A program made the translations under genes and the position numbers. This document shows, in pieces, positions 53,462-64,000 of a stretch of 64,000 nt of DNA (position 1 is its first letter; each line of letters opens with the position of its first letter). The notes below the pieces were generated by a model, which worked only from the letters and a program-made list of their open reading frames with translations, made no database searches and was not told the DNA's origin. This DNA comes from Halocafeteria seosinensis (lineage: Eukaryota), in the NCBI GenBank assembly GCA_001687465.1, contig LVLI01000905.1, positions 1-64,000 of the forward strand, read 5' to 3'.

Positions 53462-56400
53462 ATGGTGGGCTGCGGCGGCTGTATAGAGCGCCTCCACGCA
53501 AGAAGGAGAGGCTCCAGGGCTCCCGTACACTTGCTGCTAGTGCTACTACTGAGCCTCTTCCCCTTTCAGACGGAACTGGCTTGGGGGAAAGATGATCAGC
53601 CTTGTCGGACTCAGAGGTACTTTGGCCAACTTCTCGAGGCGCGAGGCGGCCCTAATACAGGTGATGCGCAGACTCCTGAAGAATGCGCTGTCAATATGAA
53701 CGAGAAGAGGGCTACAGCAGAAAGTCAGTTCAGTTCCGCCGGCAGCATGGAGGTCTGTATCATCAGCAATTACGCGGAAACCTGGCCTCAAGGAGACATT
53801 GTGTATGAGTTCCCGCACAGCGTAGTCTTCATGAACAGTCTAATTGGTTATAACCAAAGCACCCCGAATGACTCGAGTATCACTCTTTTGGCTCCCAATG
53901 GGAGTGTGAGTTTTTATAACACAACACTGTTTGCACCGAGGTAAGCAGTTGTTTGGCGACTAATCTTCTAGGATTGGGTCTGATAGAATTTGGTTTGCGC
54001 AGCTTGGTAATAGAAGCTCAAAACATAACGCTTGACAGCGGCTCTAATTTGAACGCTTCGGCTTCCATTGGCGCAGATAAAATAGTGAACCAGTCAGCTT
54101 TGGGTTTGAATGGGGACAGACCCATTGGAGGTGGACATGGGGGTGCCGGTGGTGCTGACACAAACAAACATCGTCCTGACCACAGGGGTAAAGCCTATGA
54201 TTTCATCCATGTGCGTTCCCCATTCTCTTTTGGAGCACCAGGTTGCTCCCCATTCGGCTTTGGAGCCCCACGGTGCGCTTGTGGGGGTGGTCGAATCAAA
54301 CTGTCTTCAAATTATGCAGCAAAACTATCAGGGACATTGGAAGCGAACGGGGAACATACCCACATTAATACAGCAGCGGCAGGAGCCGGGGGATCTATAA
54401 ATGTTAACACGGCTACTGTGCACTTTGGATCAAGTGCAAATATTACTGCACGAGGTGGAAATGCAAAGAATGGGACCGGGGGAGGGGGCATGGTGGCTCT
54501 TATCACACGCAGGAGCTCGCAGCCNCCGGTTGATAGGGTTGACGTCAGTGGAGGACAACCTATTGATGACAAAAAGCAAGAGCAAAAGGAAGCTGGCGGA
54601 GCGGGATTAATATTCTTAAGTTATCCGTCTCTCTCGTCTGCGCACAACCCAGGATACAACAGCCACGCTTACTGTGACGCTGCTAATTGCACGACGAGAC
54701 GGGAGCTATACTGCCGGTCCTCGGGAGAAGATTCGTTGGTTGCTGGTACAGAAATTGATGAGAGTTTATACCTAAAAGAGTTGGATTTGCTGACCATGGC
54801 TTCTTGCCATTGGAAGACAACTCATCGAGGTAACATGCCTCCAGTAGGTGTGGAATCACTCGTCATGAAATCTTCGTATGTCTCGTTAGCAGAGGATACC
54901 TCCCTACAGTTGACGGCAAAGTCTGGCATTCATCTGAAGCAGTCTTCCGGGATTCGCATTCATTCCGATCTGCGGTCTCGCATGCATGTGAACGCTGGTA
55001 ACATAACAATGGAATCGTCGGTACTGTCAGCAGCGTTTATGCATGTTCACGCCTCCGAGAGGCTACTAATACGCAGTTTCGGCTTCCTTCAGTTTGACCG
55101 CAAAGCCAGAATAAGCGCTAAATTTGTTGAGTCTCAGTCTTCCATTTCCCAGGGTGACATTCCTCTCGTTGAGGTCACTACCGTTTTCCTTCAGGCTGGG
55201 AATGTCAGTATGCAGAGCGGTTCCTCAATGGATGCAGGCCGGATATACCTATCAGTTACAGATAACTTTAACCTTCATGGCGCAATTGTGGCCCGCGATC
55301 AGACTCGAGCTACCAGTGAGTCTTGCGCCGCAAATCCTAAACGTGTACCTGTAGTCCACCCCGCCGCATGTAGTATGGTAGACTGGGAGCCTAATTGTTC
55401 TGCACGATACTCCCTTTGGGTAGCGACTCCTCAGCTTTCTGTGTATGACAAAGGCGTCATCCGGGGACCCGCCGTGCGGGTTTGCTCGAACAATGTAACC
55501 GTGCTTGATGGTGGTACTCTTTCTGCTAAGGGGACAGGCTGCGGTGCACAGCGAGGTCTCGGGAAGGGAAAAGAAGATGGTAACACGGGAGGTGGCCACG
55601 GAGGAAGAGGGGGAGGGACTACAGGAGGTGCGGAGGGAGGCAAGCGATATGACGAACAGAGATTCCCACGCTTCTTCGGAAGTGGTGGAGGCGGGGAAAG
55701 TGCCGGAGGTGCAGGCGGTGGGTTTTTGCGTGCTGACAGTAAACATATACGAGTTGACGGTCTCGTTACCGTCGCTGGAAATGCTGGGGCCGAGGTTGGA
55801 TCGGGTGGCGGTGGTGGGGCCGGGGGATCATTGATCTTGAATGTTTCATCGCTTCTTGGACGGGGTCGATTCGATTATAGTGGNGGCAACGCGGTAACTT
55901 CTGGTGGTGGTGGTGGTGGAGGGATAGCAAACACTTTTCTTTGGGGTCCCAGGGATATCTCAGTGTTCTCGGGGAACGTATCGAGTGGAGGAGGTAAAGG
56001 CTATTCAAACGGACAAGCCGGGAATATGGGAAAATCCTATATTGAAGGTGGTTGCCAAGCTGGCCACGCAGGTTTTCTTTGCCACAAATGCCCAAAAGGC
56101 CAATTCAAGCAAGTCGACGGGTCGAACCAACCATGCTCACAATGTCCTCCGGGAAGGTGGGCTAATAGCTCCGGAATGGAAGCCTGTTTACTTTGTAGAG
56201 GAGACTACATTTCTGCAGACCCGGGCGCTACGGTCTGTACATCTTGTGGCAATCGCACGGCTAACAAAAACAAGACGTCATGTGGAGAGTGCAAGACTGG
56301 TTACCATAAGCCGCATCTTAATGAAACAGGAACTTGCAAAGCCTGCCCGAGTGGTCAGCATAAAGAAATCATTGGTAACCGGGGATGCAAAGAATGTCCG

Positions 56401-59064
56401 GCTGGCCAGTTTGCAAGTGGAGCGGCCAATACCAATTGCTCTATTTGTGAATCGAATAAGTTCTCGAAAGAGGGACAGTCGTCTTGTATGCCCTGTGGAA
56501 ACGGAAGTGTACCGACCCAGAATTTAACGGATTGTGATGCATGCCCTGCGGGAAGGTATTCTGAGGAAACGATGGATCACTGCGCCGACTGTCTCCCCAA
56601 TACGTTCTCAAATTCCAATTTTAGTCGATGTCATACTTGTCCTTTAGGGAAGTATGCTCCGGTCCGATCAGGGAAGTGCTTCACATGTCCAGAAAAACCT
56701 GAAAATGCCCACTATTTGTCTCCAACCCCCTCCGCCTGCCCGACTCCCGCTCCTTCTCCAACTACTAGCCGCGGTGCTACCAGCTCTGCTACTGCGTCCG
56801 TTGCCCCTACAGCCTCAATGAGTTTGTCAGGTTCACCGTCTGTATCCCTGACGCCCTTCACATCATCGTTTTTTAAGCCTTCTATGAGTTTACCTGATGA
56901 AGAATTGTCCGTACCGAGGGGACGATCGATGTTCGAACTGTACGGGACCTCCCTTGATGTTGTGCATGACAGTTGTCAGTGGGAATGTGATGAGGGGTAT
57001 GTTGGAAAGGCAGTATGCTTGCCCCCCGCTCTACTTGGCGCTCATTATTTCGGAGGATGGACGGGTGTAGCTTCGTCTGCCGGAGTCCTTGCAGGGCTCC
57101 TCATTGTTGTTTTCTTGCTTTACCGTGCACGTCTCCGCCGTTCCAATGCATTTAGTATTTCTGCATTCAGCGTACGACCCCGTGATCTTGGGTCATTGAG
57201 CCAGCAAGTTGTATTTTCTCTTAAATTCCGAGAGCATGACTCTTCGACAGCTTATGATAACGACAAACAGTACTCCATGCCTCTGCTGGAAAAATCTGGT
57301 AGCAATCTTGGCAATAACGCTATTTCGCTGAACGGTGGAAGCGAAGCTTTGGTGCGAGAAACACACACCCCTGGGGACAATGAGGCTTGTTATGGCAATA
57401 GTAGCCCGCACCATTCCCGACGTTTTGGGCTGTCCGATAGCGATCTTCCTTACCATATCCATAGAATATATTTCCATGGCCGGAATTCAGCGACAAGTCC
57501 GTTCCGGCTCTCCTCAGGAGTGCCTGCAGAACTGCATGCGGTGCTCGTTGAGCCCGAACTGAAAGATTTTTCACGAAGTATCACAGAGCGTGCAAAACCA
57601 AAACAGTCAGAAGTTGTTCTGGAGAGGGCGATCGGGTATGTGTATAGGCCCTTACTTCATTTGTATTACCCCGTCCTGCGGGGAAAACGTATAAAGCAGC
57701 TGGAGGATACCCACAGTGAATATGGCCACGGTATGCTAAGAAATGCCAGAGCCCGGGCAGCCGGCGATCGCGTACGATTTGGAAAATCCGACGATTTGAC
57801 GCTAGCTTGGTTTGATTTTCTAATGCTTCCTGAAGGCGAGGATGTTGGCGGAGTTCAAGTAGGTCAACCAAGCTTACCGGTTGTCCTTGTTTGCAGTGGG
57901 GATGGAACTTATAGCTGCCCCCTTCGTATGGATAGTGAAGATGCTCTAATTGCAGCAACCTTCCGAGCAATGATGAGTCCATGTTCACCCCGAAGACGAT
58001 ACATTAGAGCTGTCGAAGAGCTTTCTGGAGATCCCACCTCAGCGGACAAAAGTGTCGGAGATGGCACCACGGTGGAGAGCAAAGTCGATCTGGAATCTGT
58101 CGTCTGCTTTCCTATCTCCGAAATCAACTCGCGCCTTCGCGAACTTAATTCTGCAGACATGCTCAAGCCCAGTCGGTCTGTCTTTGTCGCGATGGCCCGT
58201 ATCCAGCGTCTTCTGAAAAGAGTGAATCAGAAGCTGAACAACTCGGATGGGCAACTGGTTCTGGGGGTTACATATACGTCTGCTTTGGACACAGAAGGCG
58301 AGAATGATTATAGTGACGAAGCCAGCTCTTTGCTAGGATTTGAAACCTCACCCCTTTCCCGGCCATGCTTGATAACTCTTCCTCGAGAAGCCGGCAGGCC
58401 TACTGCTCAAGGGCATTGGAAAACTTATTTGCCATATGGTTCTCGCATTCTTCCTGATTTCACTGGTGTTACTGAAGTGTGGTTCCCGTGCACATTTCAG
58501 TCTTACTCTCCTTGGCAAAACACAGGGACAGATCGCTTACCGCAATTGTTCTGCTACATTCTTGTGATGATCACCGTATTGGCAGATCTAGTTCTGGGAT
58601 ACGTATTCAACGCCACCCTTTGGAGTCTTTACCCGCGACTAGTGTATATAGTTATTGCTGTTCCGCCGCTAGCATTTGTTGTTTCTCCGTGGGCGACGAT
58701 GCTGGGACTGGGGACGTGCAGTTCACGTGTATTGAGAGCGGCCGTAGAGCTCCATGTCCACTCACTACTTGCTTGGTTGCTGGGGATTATCTTCTCAATC
58801 GCTGATGTGCTGAACGAAAACCAGTTCGGGTATTGGATTGGAGTTGGCCTTCCATTGATTTGGGTAGGTTTCAAGCTCCTTGTGATTAAGTTGACCAACG
58901 TATACGTCGGGTGGGTCGACAAAGTCAATGATCGGCAGAAAGAGTGGGCCAACGTACATTACCCACTTCTCAGAGAGTGCGTACAAGATGTTGTAGATGG
59001 AATAGCTTTTCCCTCTCCAGAAGATTCGCTGGTAGGTAGGTGTTATACTAAAGATGCTTCCTGA
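53462..59064 (+). CDS. Large Gly-rich/Cys-rich (ephrin-receptor-like GCC repeats) multi-pass membrane protein of the uncharacterised Arabidopsis At5g11700-like family; paralog 1
   Basis: Signal peptide, intron 53941-54002, GGGHGG/GGG repeats, CxxCPxG repeats, TM helix, HIHRIYFHGRNS..SPFRL and LRNARARA motifs resembling the plant family, C-terminal TM cluster. Confidence 0.8.
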
Positions 59065-59880
59065 GCTCTGGGGAAAGGCCCTCGACCTTTCTTGAGCCAG
59101 TTTCGGAGAAAAATGGATGAACCAAAACGCTAACACATAGAGAATATACAACCGCAAGTACTGTAGTATCCTACATATACATGATTTCCGCTTTCTTTCA
59201 CTCGGTCTGTTTTTGCACGATTTTTGGCATCGTGTTTCCCATAGCACAATGCCACCGACCACTTATACTACCCTATACTGTAATATAATGTCCGTCCCTT
59301 TCCTTGAAATGCTGGCAAAACGAACCTGATGGGGCTTATGGAACCGTGGAGCGACTGAGCTTGTATGACAACAACTTCCAAAACTTGGACAGCATTACGT
59401 CATAGCTGACCCAACGGATCCCTCAAGTAAGTCATGGGACAATGCCTTCTGGCTACTGGTTGCGTTGGACGTTAATGGTAGAAAACTTACAGTAGGTTTC
59501 ATGACTCTGTCATCCCACAATAAATAAATAGAGCGGAACTGAATACTACAGTACAGTACAACCTGCTGCATTCATTCGTACAACAATTATCAGTTTTGAA
59601 TGGTTCGACAAAATTATGCCGTTGCAGCAGATTCTGCGTCGCAAGAATATCGTGTTTGTAGCAAAGTACACCGCGCATGCTTCCCTCCACCATGACTTGA
59701 AACTATAAGTCTCTGAGGATTCCTGATTCCGTGAGAAGTGAATGCCATCTCCGCAGCCTCCGCTCCCCAGTTTGTGTATGAATTCCATCGGGTTTGTTTC
59801 GCTCTTTCCATAATCATCACAAGGATACACGATTGTAGCTTGGTGGAGGAGGAGCGTAGTCGGGGTGTATGTGCTATACA

Positions 59881-62800
59881 ATGGAAAGAAAGCGCCGGAG
59901 GGACAGTCCCGGATCCGGGAGCACGTTAATGAGCTTGTTTTTGCTTTATTTCATGCAATATGGACTTGCACGAACAGATGATGTGAACGATGTGAGTGTA
60001 AACACACGGAATGTGGATAGAAATGGGTATTGGGAGGTACACAGAGGGCGAAATAGCCTCCAATCGGGATATCAAGACCCCTGTAATACAGACTGTGAAG
60101 GGACAAATACGGCCATAGACCTCATTTTTCGCTCAACAAAGGGCAAAGCATACACCCCAGAACAGTGTGCTATAAACATCAATCCCCCAGAGCCTGGAAA
60201 CTCGAGCCATTTTAACCCGGCACAAGACCTGGAGACATGCGTTGTGGAGGACTTTGTGGGGCTTTTGGAGTTTTCCGATTACCATTTCATGCACAATGTG
60301 ACCTTTATTAACAGCACTGTCGTCTGCAAACAGTGCACCGATTCTTCCCTGAAGGACCCAATAACTTTGATGTTTTCGGCTGGAGGAAGTATAAGTTTGA
60401 CTCACTCGAGGATAATTGTTGTGAGTGCTAATTTTTCTGCGGAAGTGAATATCAATGTTGACAGCTACAGTACAATAAATGCGACGGCATTTGCAACAGA
60501 TAGTTTTTCTTCGATTGATACGAATGCATATGGGCTTGATGGAGGCGGTGGAGGACACGGTGGAGCAGGCGCGCCCGGCAAAACAAGTGATCACCCTGGT
60601 GGCGGCTACGATTTTGCGAGTGTGTCTCGCCCCTTTTCGTTCGGGGCACCAGCGTGTTCCTGTGGAGGAGGGAGAATAAGATTGAGTAGTGGAAATGCCA
60701 CTGTCATCGCAGGGACCATTGTTGCTGATGGAGGAATGAGCTCCGTTCAGAACTCAGGAGGAGCAGGAGCAGGCGGCTCTGTGTGGTTTACGGGCAACGT
60801 GACCAGTATAAAGCCACCGGGACTTGTTTCGGCCAGTGGAGGCAAGTCCAAGTACTGCGGTGGGGGAGGAGGTGGCATGGTTGCCCTTTCAACTAAATAC
60901 CGATCATCCTCCTCGGGGGTAGATGTCAGCGGTGGAAGTAGCGGAGGGCGGCAGGTTGCTTCCGGAGGCTCTGGTCTCATATACACATCATATTTGACAT
61001 GCGATTCAAACTCGCACAATGCTGGCGAAGACGGTAAATACGCCTCTTTTGAGGAAGCCAATTGCACCCTGCACAAAGAGTTGGAATGCCGAGCGTCTGG
61101 TGTCAACTCGCTTATCGCAGCGACCCCGATTGACAGTACACTTAACTTGAAGGGCCTCGATGTCTTGACGCTGACTTCTTGCGCGTGGAAAGCTCTTCAG
61201 TCGGGTATGCCAGGTCTCCGTGAGATATCTGTGGGGTCGTTTTCAATGATATCTTCGGATATTGCTCCTTCAGACAAGTATCCTCTCCTATTCAACGTTA
61301 CTAACGACATCACACTGAGGCAATCGTCGCGTATTCACATAGGTAATCCAGGCTCATCTATGACGTTCATTTCTGGGGCAAACATCACAGTTGCATCTTC
61401 AGTAATCGAAGCGGCCACCTTGGAGATCCACGCTTTGAAACTTGAAATAAAAAGCATTGGGTTTATCCATTTCGGAAAAGTGGCATATATCTCAACCGAA
61501 TCATTAATCTCTGAATCTGCCTTAACCCAGACTGATGTGCCATTCGTCGAAACCACAAATTTATACTTACACATTACAAACCTAACCATGTTGCCGGGAT
61601 CGTCTACCAGCGCCGGACGGATATTCATGTCTGTTAAGAAGAATGCTTGGATATATGGCCAAATTGTCGCCCGTGATCAGACCCGCGCTACAAGTGGTTC
61701 TTGCTCAGCCCCTCCGAAGAAAGAGCCGGTGATATATAATGCCACGTGCGATCTTGATGCAGGGACGTACAATGAAACTGCAAAGTATTCCATGTGGGCT
61801 ACTGTCCCCTTTCTATCAGTCAAAGACCAAGGTTCGTTAAGCGGACCGGCGGTGCGGATATGCGCACACATCGTTGAAGTGCAAGGAGGCAGTGTGTCTG
61901 TGGAGGGTACTGGCTGCAGCGCGGAACGAGGTCTGGGAGCAGGAGCTAGTAGTTCAGAGAGTGGAGGAGGGCACGGAGGAAAGGGCGGCCAGTCAGGCTC
62001 GAATCCCGGAGGAGATGCGTACGATAGCACAGTTTATCCTTACTACTTTGGGAGTGGTGGTGGTGGCCAAACAAATGGTGGAGCGGGAGGTGGCCTACTC
62101 TGGATAGAGAGTGATGCGATACTACTGAATGGCACGATAAGTGCTGCAGGAGCTAGCTCGAGCGCCAGAGGTGGCGGAGGGAGTGGTGGATCACTAATCC
62201 TGAGCACTTCTGTGCTGATGGGAACAGGAAGTCTCGACGTGTCGGGAGGGAAGGCACCGAATGGCGGAGGTGGAGGAGGAGGGATAATTAACATATTCTG
62301 GCTTCTGCAGGGACAGCACCGTAGCCAAGCTAGAAACATCGCATTGCACCTTGGTATAGTACCCGGAACACGGAATGTTTGGACGTCGTTCAGCACGGGG
62401 AGATATTTTCTGGGATACTTACTCCGCATTTTGAATGATTGCGTGAGACAAGCTGATCACCGTACTCGCCATGATCCGCAGTCACAGTTGGGGGCTATTG
62501 TAAGTTCGTGGATGTCAGACTTGCATGATTCCCAGAAACTGTGGGGCCTTTTGATTGAAGCTCGTGAATACTTATGGAAAAAGTTCCTTTCGTATCATCC
62601 TCTTCCTAAAGATCTTGCTCGTGCTGAGGTACGTGCTGTGGATGATTACGGAGGGGAACTTGAAGCTCCAACCCTACTCTTTATTATTTTAGAACGCGAA
62701 TTCAACCAACGCGACCCACCGTTTTTGAGAGAGGTTTACAGATCAGGGTTTTGGAGTGGAGCCTCAGGGTTCTCCGGTAAAGTTCTCGTCGAGGGGGGCC

Positions 62801-64000
62801 CGGGGTCTGCATCCGCAGGATCGAACGGCAGCAGTGGAAGAGTCTTCAGCGAACCATCGTGTGCTGTAGGACAAGAAGGGTTGCTATGCCATGCTTGTCC
62901 CAAAGGCAAATACAAAGCGGAATCCCAAAGTAATTCTGCTTGCTCACTGTGTTTGGCGGGCCGTTATGCTGCTTCTGAAGGAATGACGGAATGCGCGAGC
63001 TGCAGCGCAAACAACATTTCCGCCGCAGGTGCAAGCAGTTGCCAAACCTGTAATCATCAAATAGCCAATGCCAACCACACTCTCTGTACGAAATGCAAAC
63101 CCGGCTACGAGACATTGCATTGTACTGCCTGCCCGGCAGGTAAGTACAAATGGAACGTGGGCTACGGTGAATGTAAACTATGCCCAGAGGGGCAGTTCAG
63201 CAACAGCTCAGCAAGTACAAATTGCTCAAGTTGTCCGCTGAACCAAGTAGCAGAGAACCCAGGCTCTCCTTCATGCGAGTTCTGCCCCAAGGGAAGCATC
63301 CCTGAGAAGAATTTGACATCATGTGAAACTTGTCCAGCTGGAAAGTATGCCCCGGGGAAGACTAACGCCTGTCTTAAATGTCTCGCAAACACGTATTCCG
63401 TAGGCGGTGAGGATCACTGCCGAAGTTGTGGTCTAGGTCAATATGCCCCGGAGCTATCAGGAATATGTTTTCAGTGCCCGAGCAAACCCAAACGTGCAAA
63501 TTATTTGCATCCTACTCCTTCGAGCAGCTCGACTCCATCCAAGACCCCCACTGCTTCGAACACTCCAAGTACCAGCCGTAGCTCTAGCCACACCCCGACG
63601 TCCTGCCTGACACCCTCGGTCACTTTTTCTTGCACTGCAACACAGAGGGAGACGCCTACCAATACTCCAACTGTTTCGAGAAGCAACTCAGCTTCAATCA
63701 GCCCTGCCTATTCATTTTCCGCTAGGTCTAGGGAGTGGACGATTCTCCAAGCTGGAAGCCACCGGTCCAATATTCCTCAGCCACCGGTGCCATCGGGTAG
63801 CTGTGAATGGCAATGCGAAGCAGGATATCTAGAGCACGAATTGTGCCTTCCTCCGAGTAGTATTGGAGCTTACTATCTAGGAGGTTGGACTCCCATTGGC
63901 TCTTTTGCAGGATTTCTAGTTCTTTTACTGGTTGCATGCTTCCTTGCGCATTCCTATCTCGTCCGTCACAAGTGCCATTTTGCAACAAGCTCTCTTTTAG
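59881..64000 (+). CDS. Paralog 2 of the Gly-rich/Cys-rich membrane protein; runs off the window end and is absent from the ORF track
   Basis: Frame +1 from ATG 59881 (alternative ATG 59869) to the window end, with no stop in the stretches translated by hand. Collinear with paralog 1: TPEQCAIN, GGGHGGAG, PFSFGAP, IVARDQTRATS, GPAVRIC, CHACPKG, CEWQCEAGY, CLPP, GGWT, TM helix. Confidence 0.88.
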   Translation, partial: MERKRRRDSPGSGSTLMSLFLLYFMQYGLARTDDVNDVSVNTRNVDRNGYWEVHRGRNSLQSGYQDPCNTDCEGTNTAIDLIFRSTKGKAYTPEQCAININPPEPGNSSHFNPAQDLETCVVEDFVGLLEFSDYHFMHNVTFINSTVVCKQCTDSSLKDPITLMFSAGGSISLTHSRIIVVSANFSAEVNINVDSYSTINATAFATDSFSSIDTNAYGLDGGGGGHGGAGAPGKTSDHPGGGYDFASVSRPFSFGAPACSCGGGRIRLSSGNATVIAGTIVADGGMSSVQNSGGAGAGGSVWFTGNVTSIKPPGLVSASGGKSKYCGGGGGGMVALSTKYRSSSSGVDVSGGSSGGRQVASGGSGLIYTSYLTCDSNSHNAGEDGKYASFEEANCTLHKELECRASGVNSLIAATPIDSTLNLKGLDVLTLTSCAWKALQSGMPGLREISVGSFSMISSDIAPSDKYPLLFNVTNDITLRQSSRIHIGNPGSSMTFISGANITVASSVIEAATLEIHALKLEIKSIGFIHFGKVAYISTESLISESALTQTDVPFVETTNLYLHITNLTMLPGSSTSAGRIFMSVKKNAWIYGQIVARDQTRATSGSCSAPPKKEPVIYNATCDLDAGTYNETAKYSMWATVPFLSVKDQGSLSGPAVRICAHIVEVQGGSVSVEGTGCSAERGLGAGASSSESGGGHGGKGGQSGSNPGGDAYDSTVYPYYFGSGGGGQTNGGAGGGLLWIESDAILLNGTISAAGASSSARGGGGSGGSLILSTSVLMGTGSLDVSGGKAPNGGGGGGGIINIFWLLQGQHRSQARNIALHLGIVPGTRNVWTSFSTGRYFLGYLLRILNDCVRQADHRTRHDPQSQLGAIVSSWMSDLHDSQKLWGLLIEAREYLWKKFLSYHPLPKDLARAEVRAVDDYGGELEAPTLLFIILEREFNQRDPPFLREVYRSGFWSGASGFSGKVLVEGGPGSASAGSNGSSGRVFSEPSCAVGQEGLLCHACPKGKYKAESQSNSACSLCLAGRYAASEGMTECASCSANNISAAGASSCQTCNHQIANANHTLCTKCKPGYETLHCTACPAGKYKWNVGYGECKLCPEGQFSNSSASTNCSSCPLNQVAENPGSPSCEFCPKGSIPEKNLTSCETCPAGKYAPGKTNACLKCLANTYSVGGEDHCRSCGLGQYAPELSGICFQCPSKPKRANYLHPTPSSSSTPSKTPTASNTPSTSRSSSHTPTSCLTPSVTFSCTATQRETPTNTPTVSRSNSASISPAYSFSARSREWTILQAGSHRSNIPQPPVPSGSCEWQCEAGYLEHELCLPPSSIGAYYLGGWTPIGSFAGFLVLLLVACFLAHSYLVRHKCHFATSSLL

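Noticed and set aside
35750..55884. Single N bases at 35750, 54525 and 55884
   Set aside because: Assembly ambiguities; no evidence that they disrupt genes.
62302..62754. Intein hypothesis for the insertion
   Set aside because: No N-terminal Cys/Ser block and no C-terminal His-Asn followed by Cys/Ser/Thr.

Overview
Gene-dense eukaryotic (protist) genomic DNA. It uses the standard genetic code, with short GT-AG introns (about 45-100 nt) that fragment the ORF track and convergent genes that often end within tens of bases of each other. Motile-cilium genes (DRC3, CFAP144/FAM183-like, a cytosolic carboxypeptidase) suggest a flagellate; the lineage cannot be fixed from this window. Recognisable genes: Erv/ALR sulfhydryl oxidase, large thioredoxin reductase with a Cys-Cys-Gly tail, a roughly 2,400-aa multi-exon protein, ZNF830-like, a Crinkler-type HNH nuclease, MED31, an acylated ankyrin protein, a FIT/Scs3-family protein, an HSL-like lipase, CTU1, and two tandem Gly-rich/Cys-rich membrane protein paralogs (the second is missing from the ORF track). 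The most notable element is a 1,592-aa TPR protein built from near-identical 102-bp repeats whose variation clusters at ligand-binding positions, with a relic of a module duplication behind its stop codon. Also notable is a 151-aa in-frame insertion in the second Gly-rich paralog. No rRNA, tRNA or CRISPR array was recognised. All family calls come from motif recognition by eye, not database searches.
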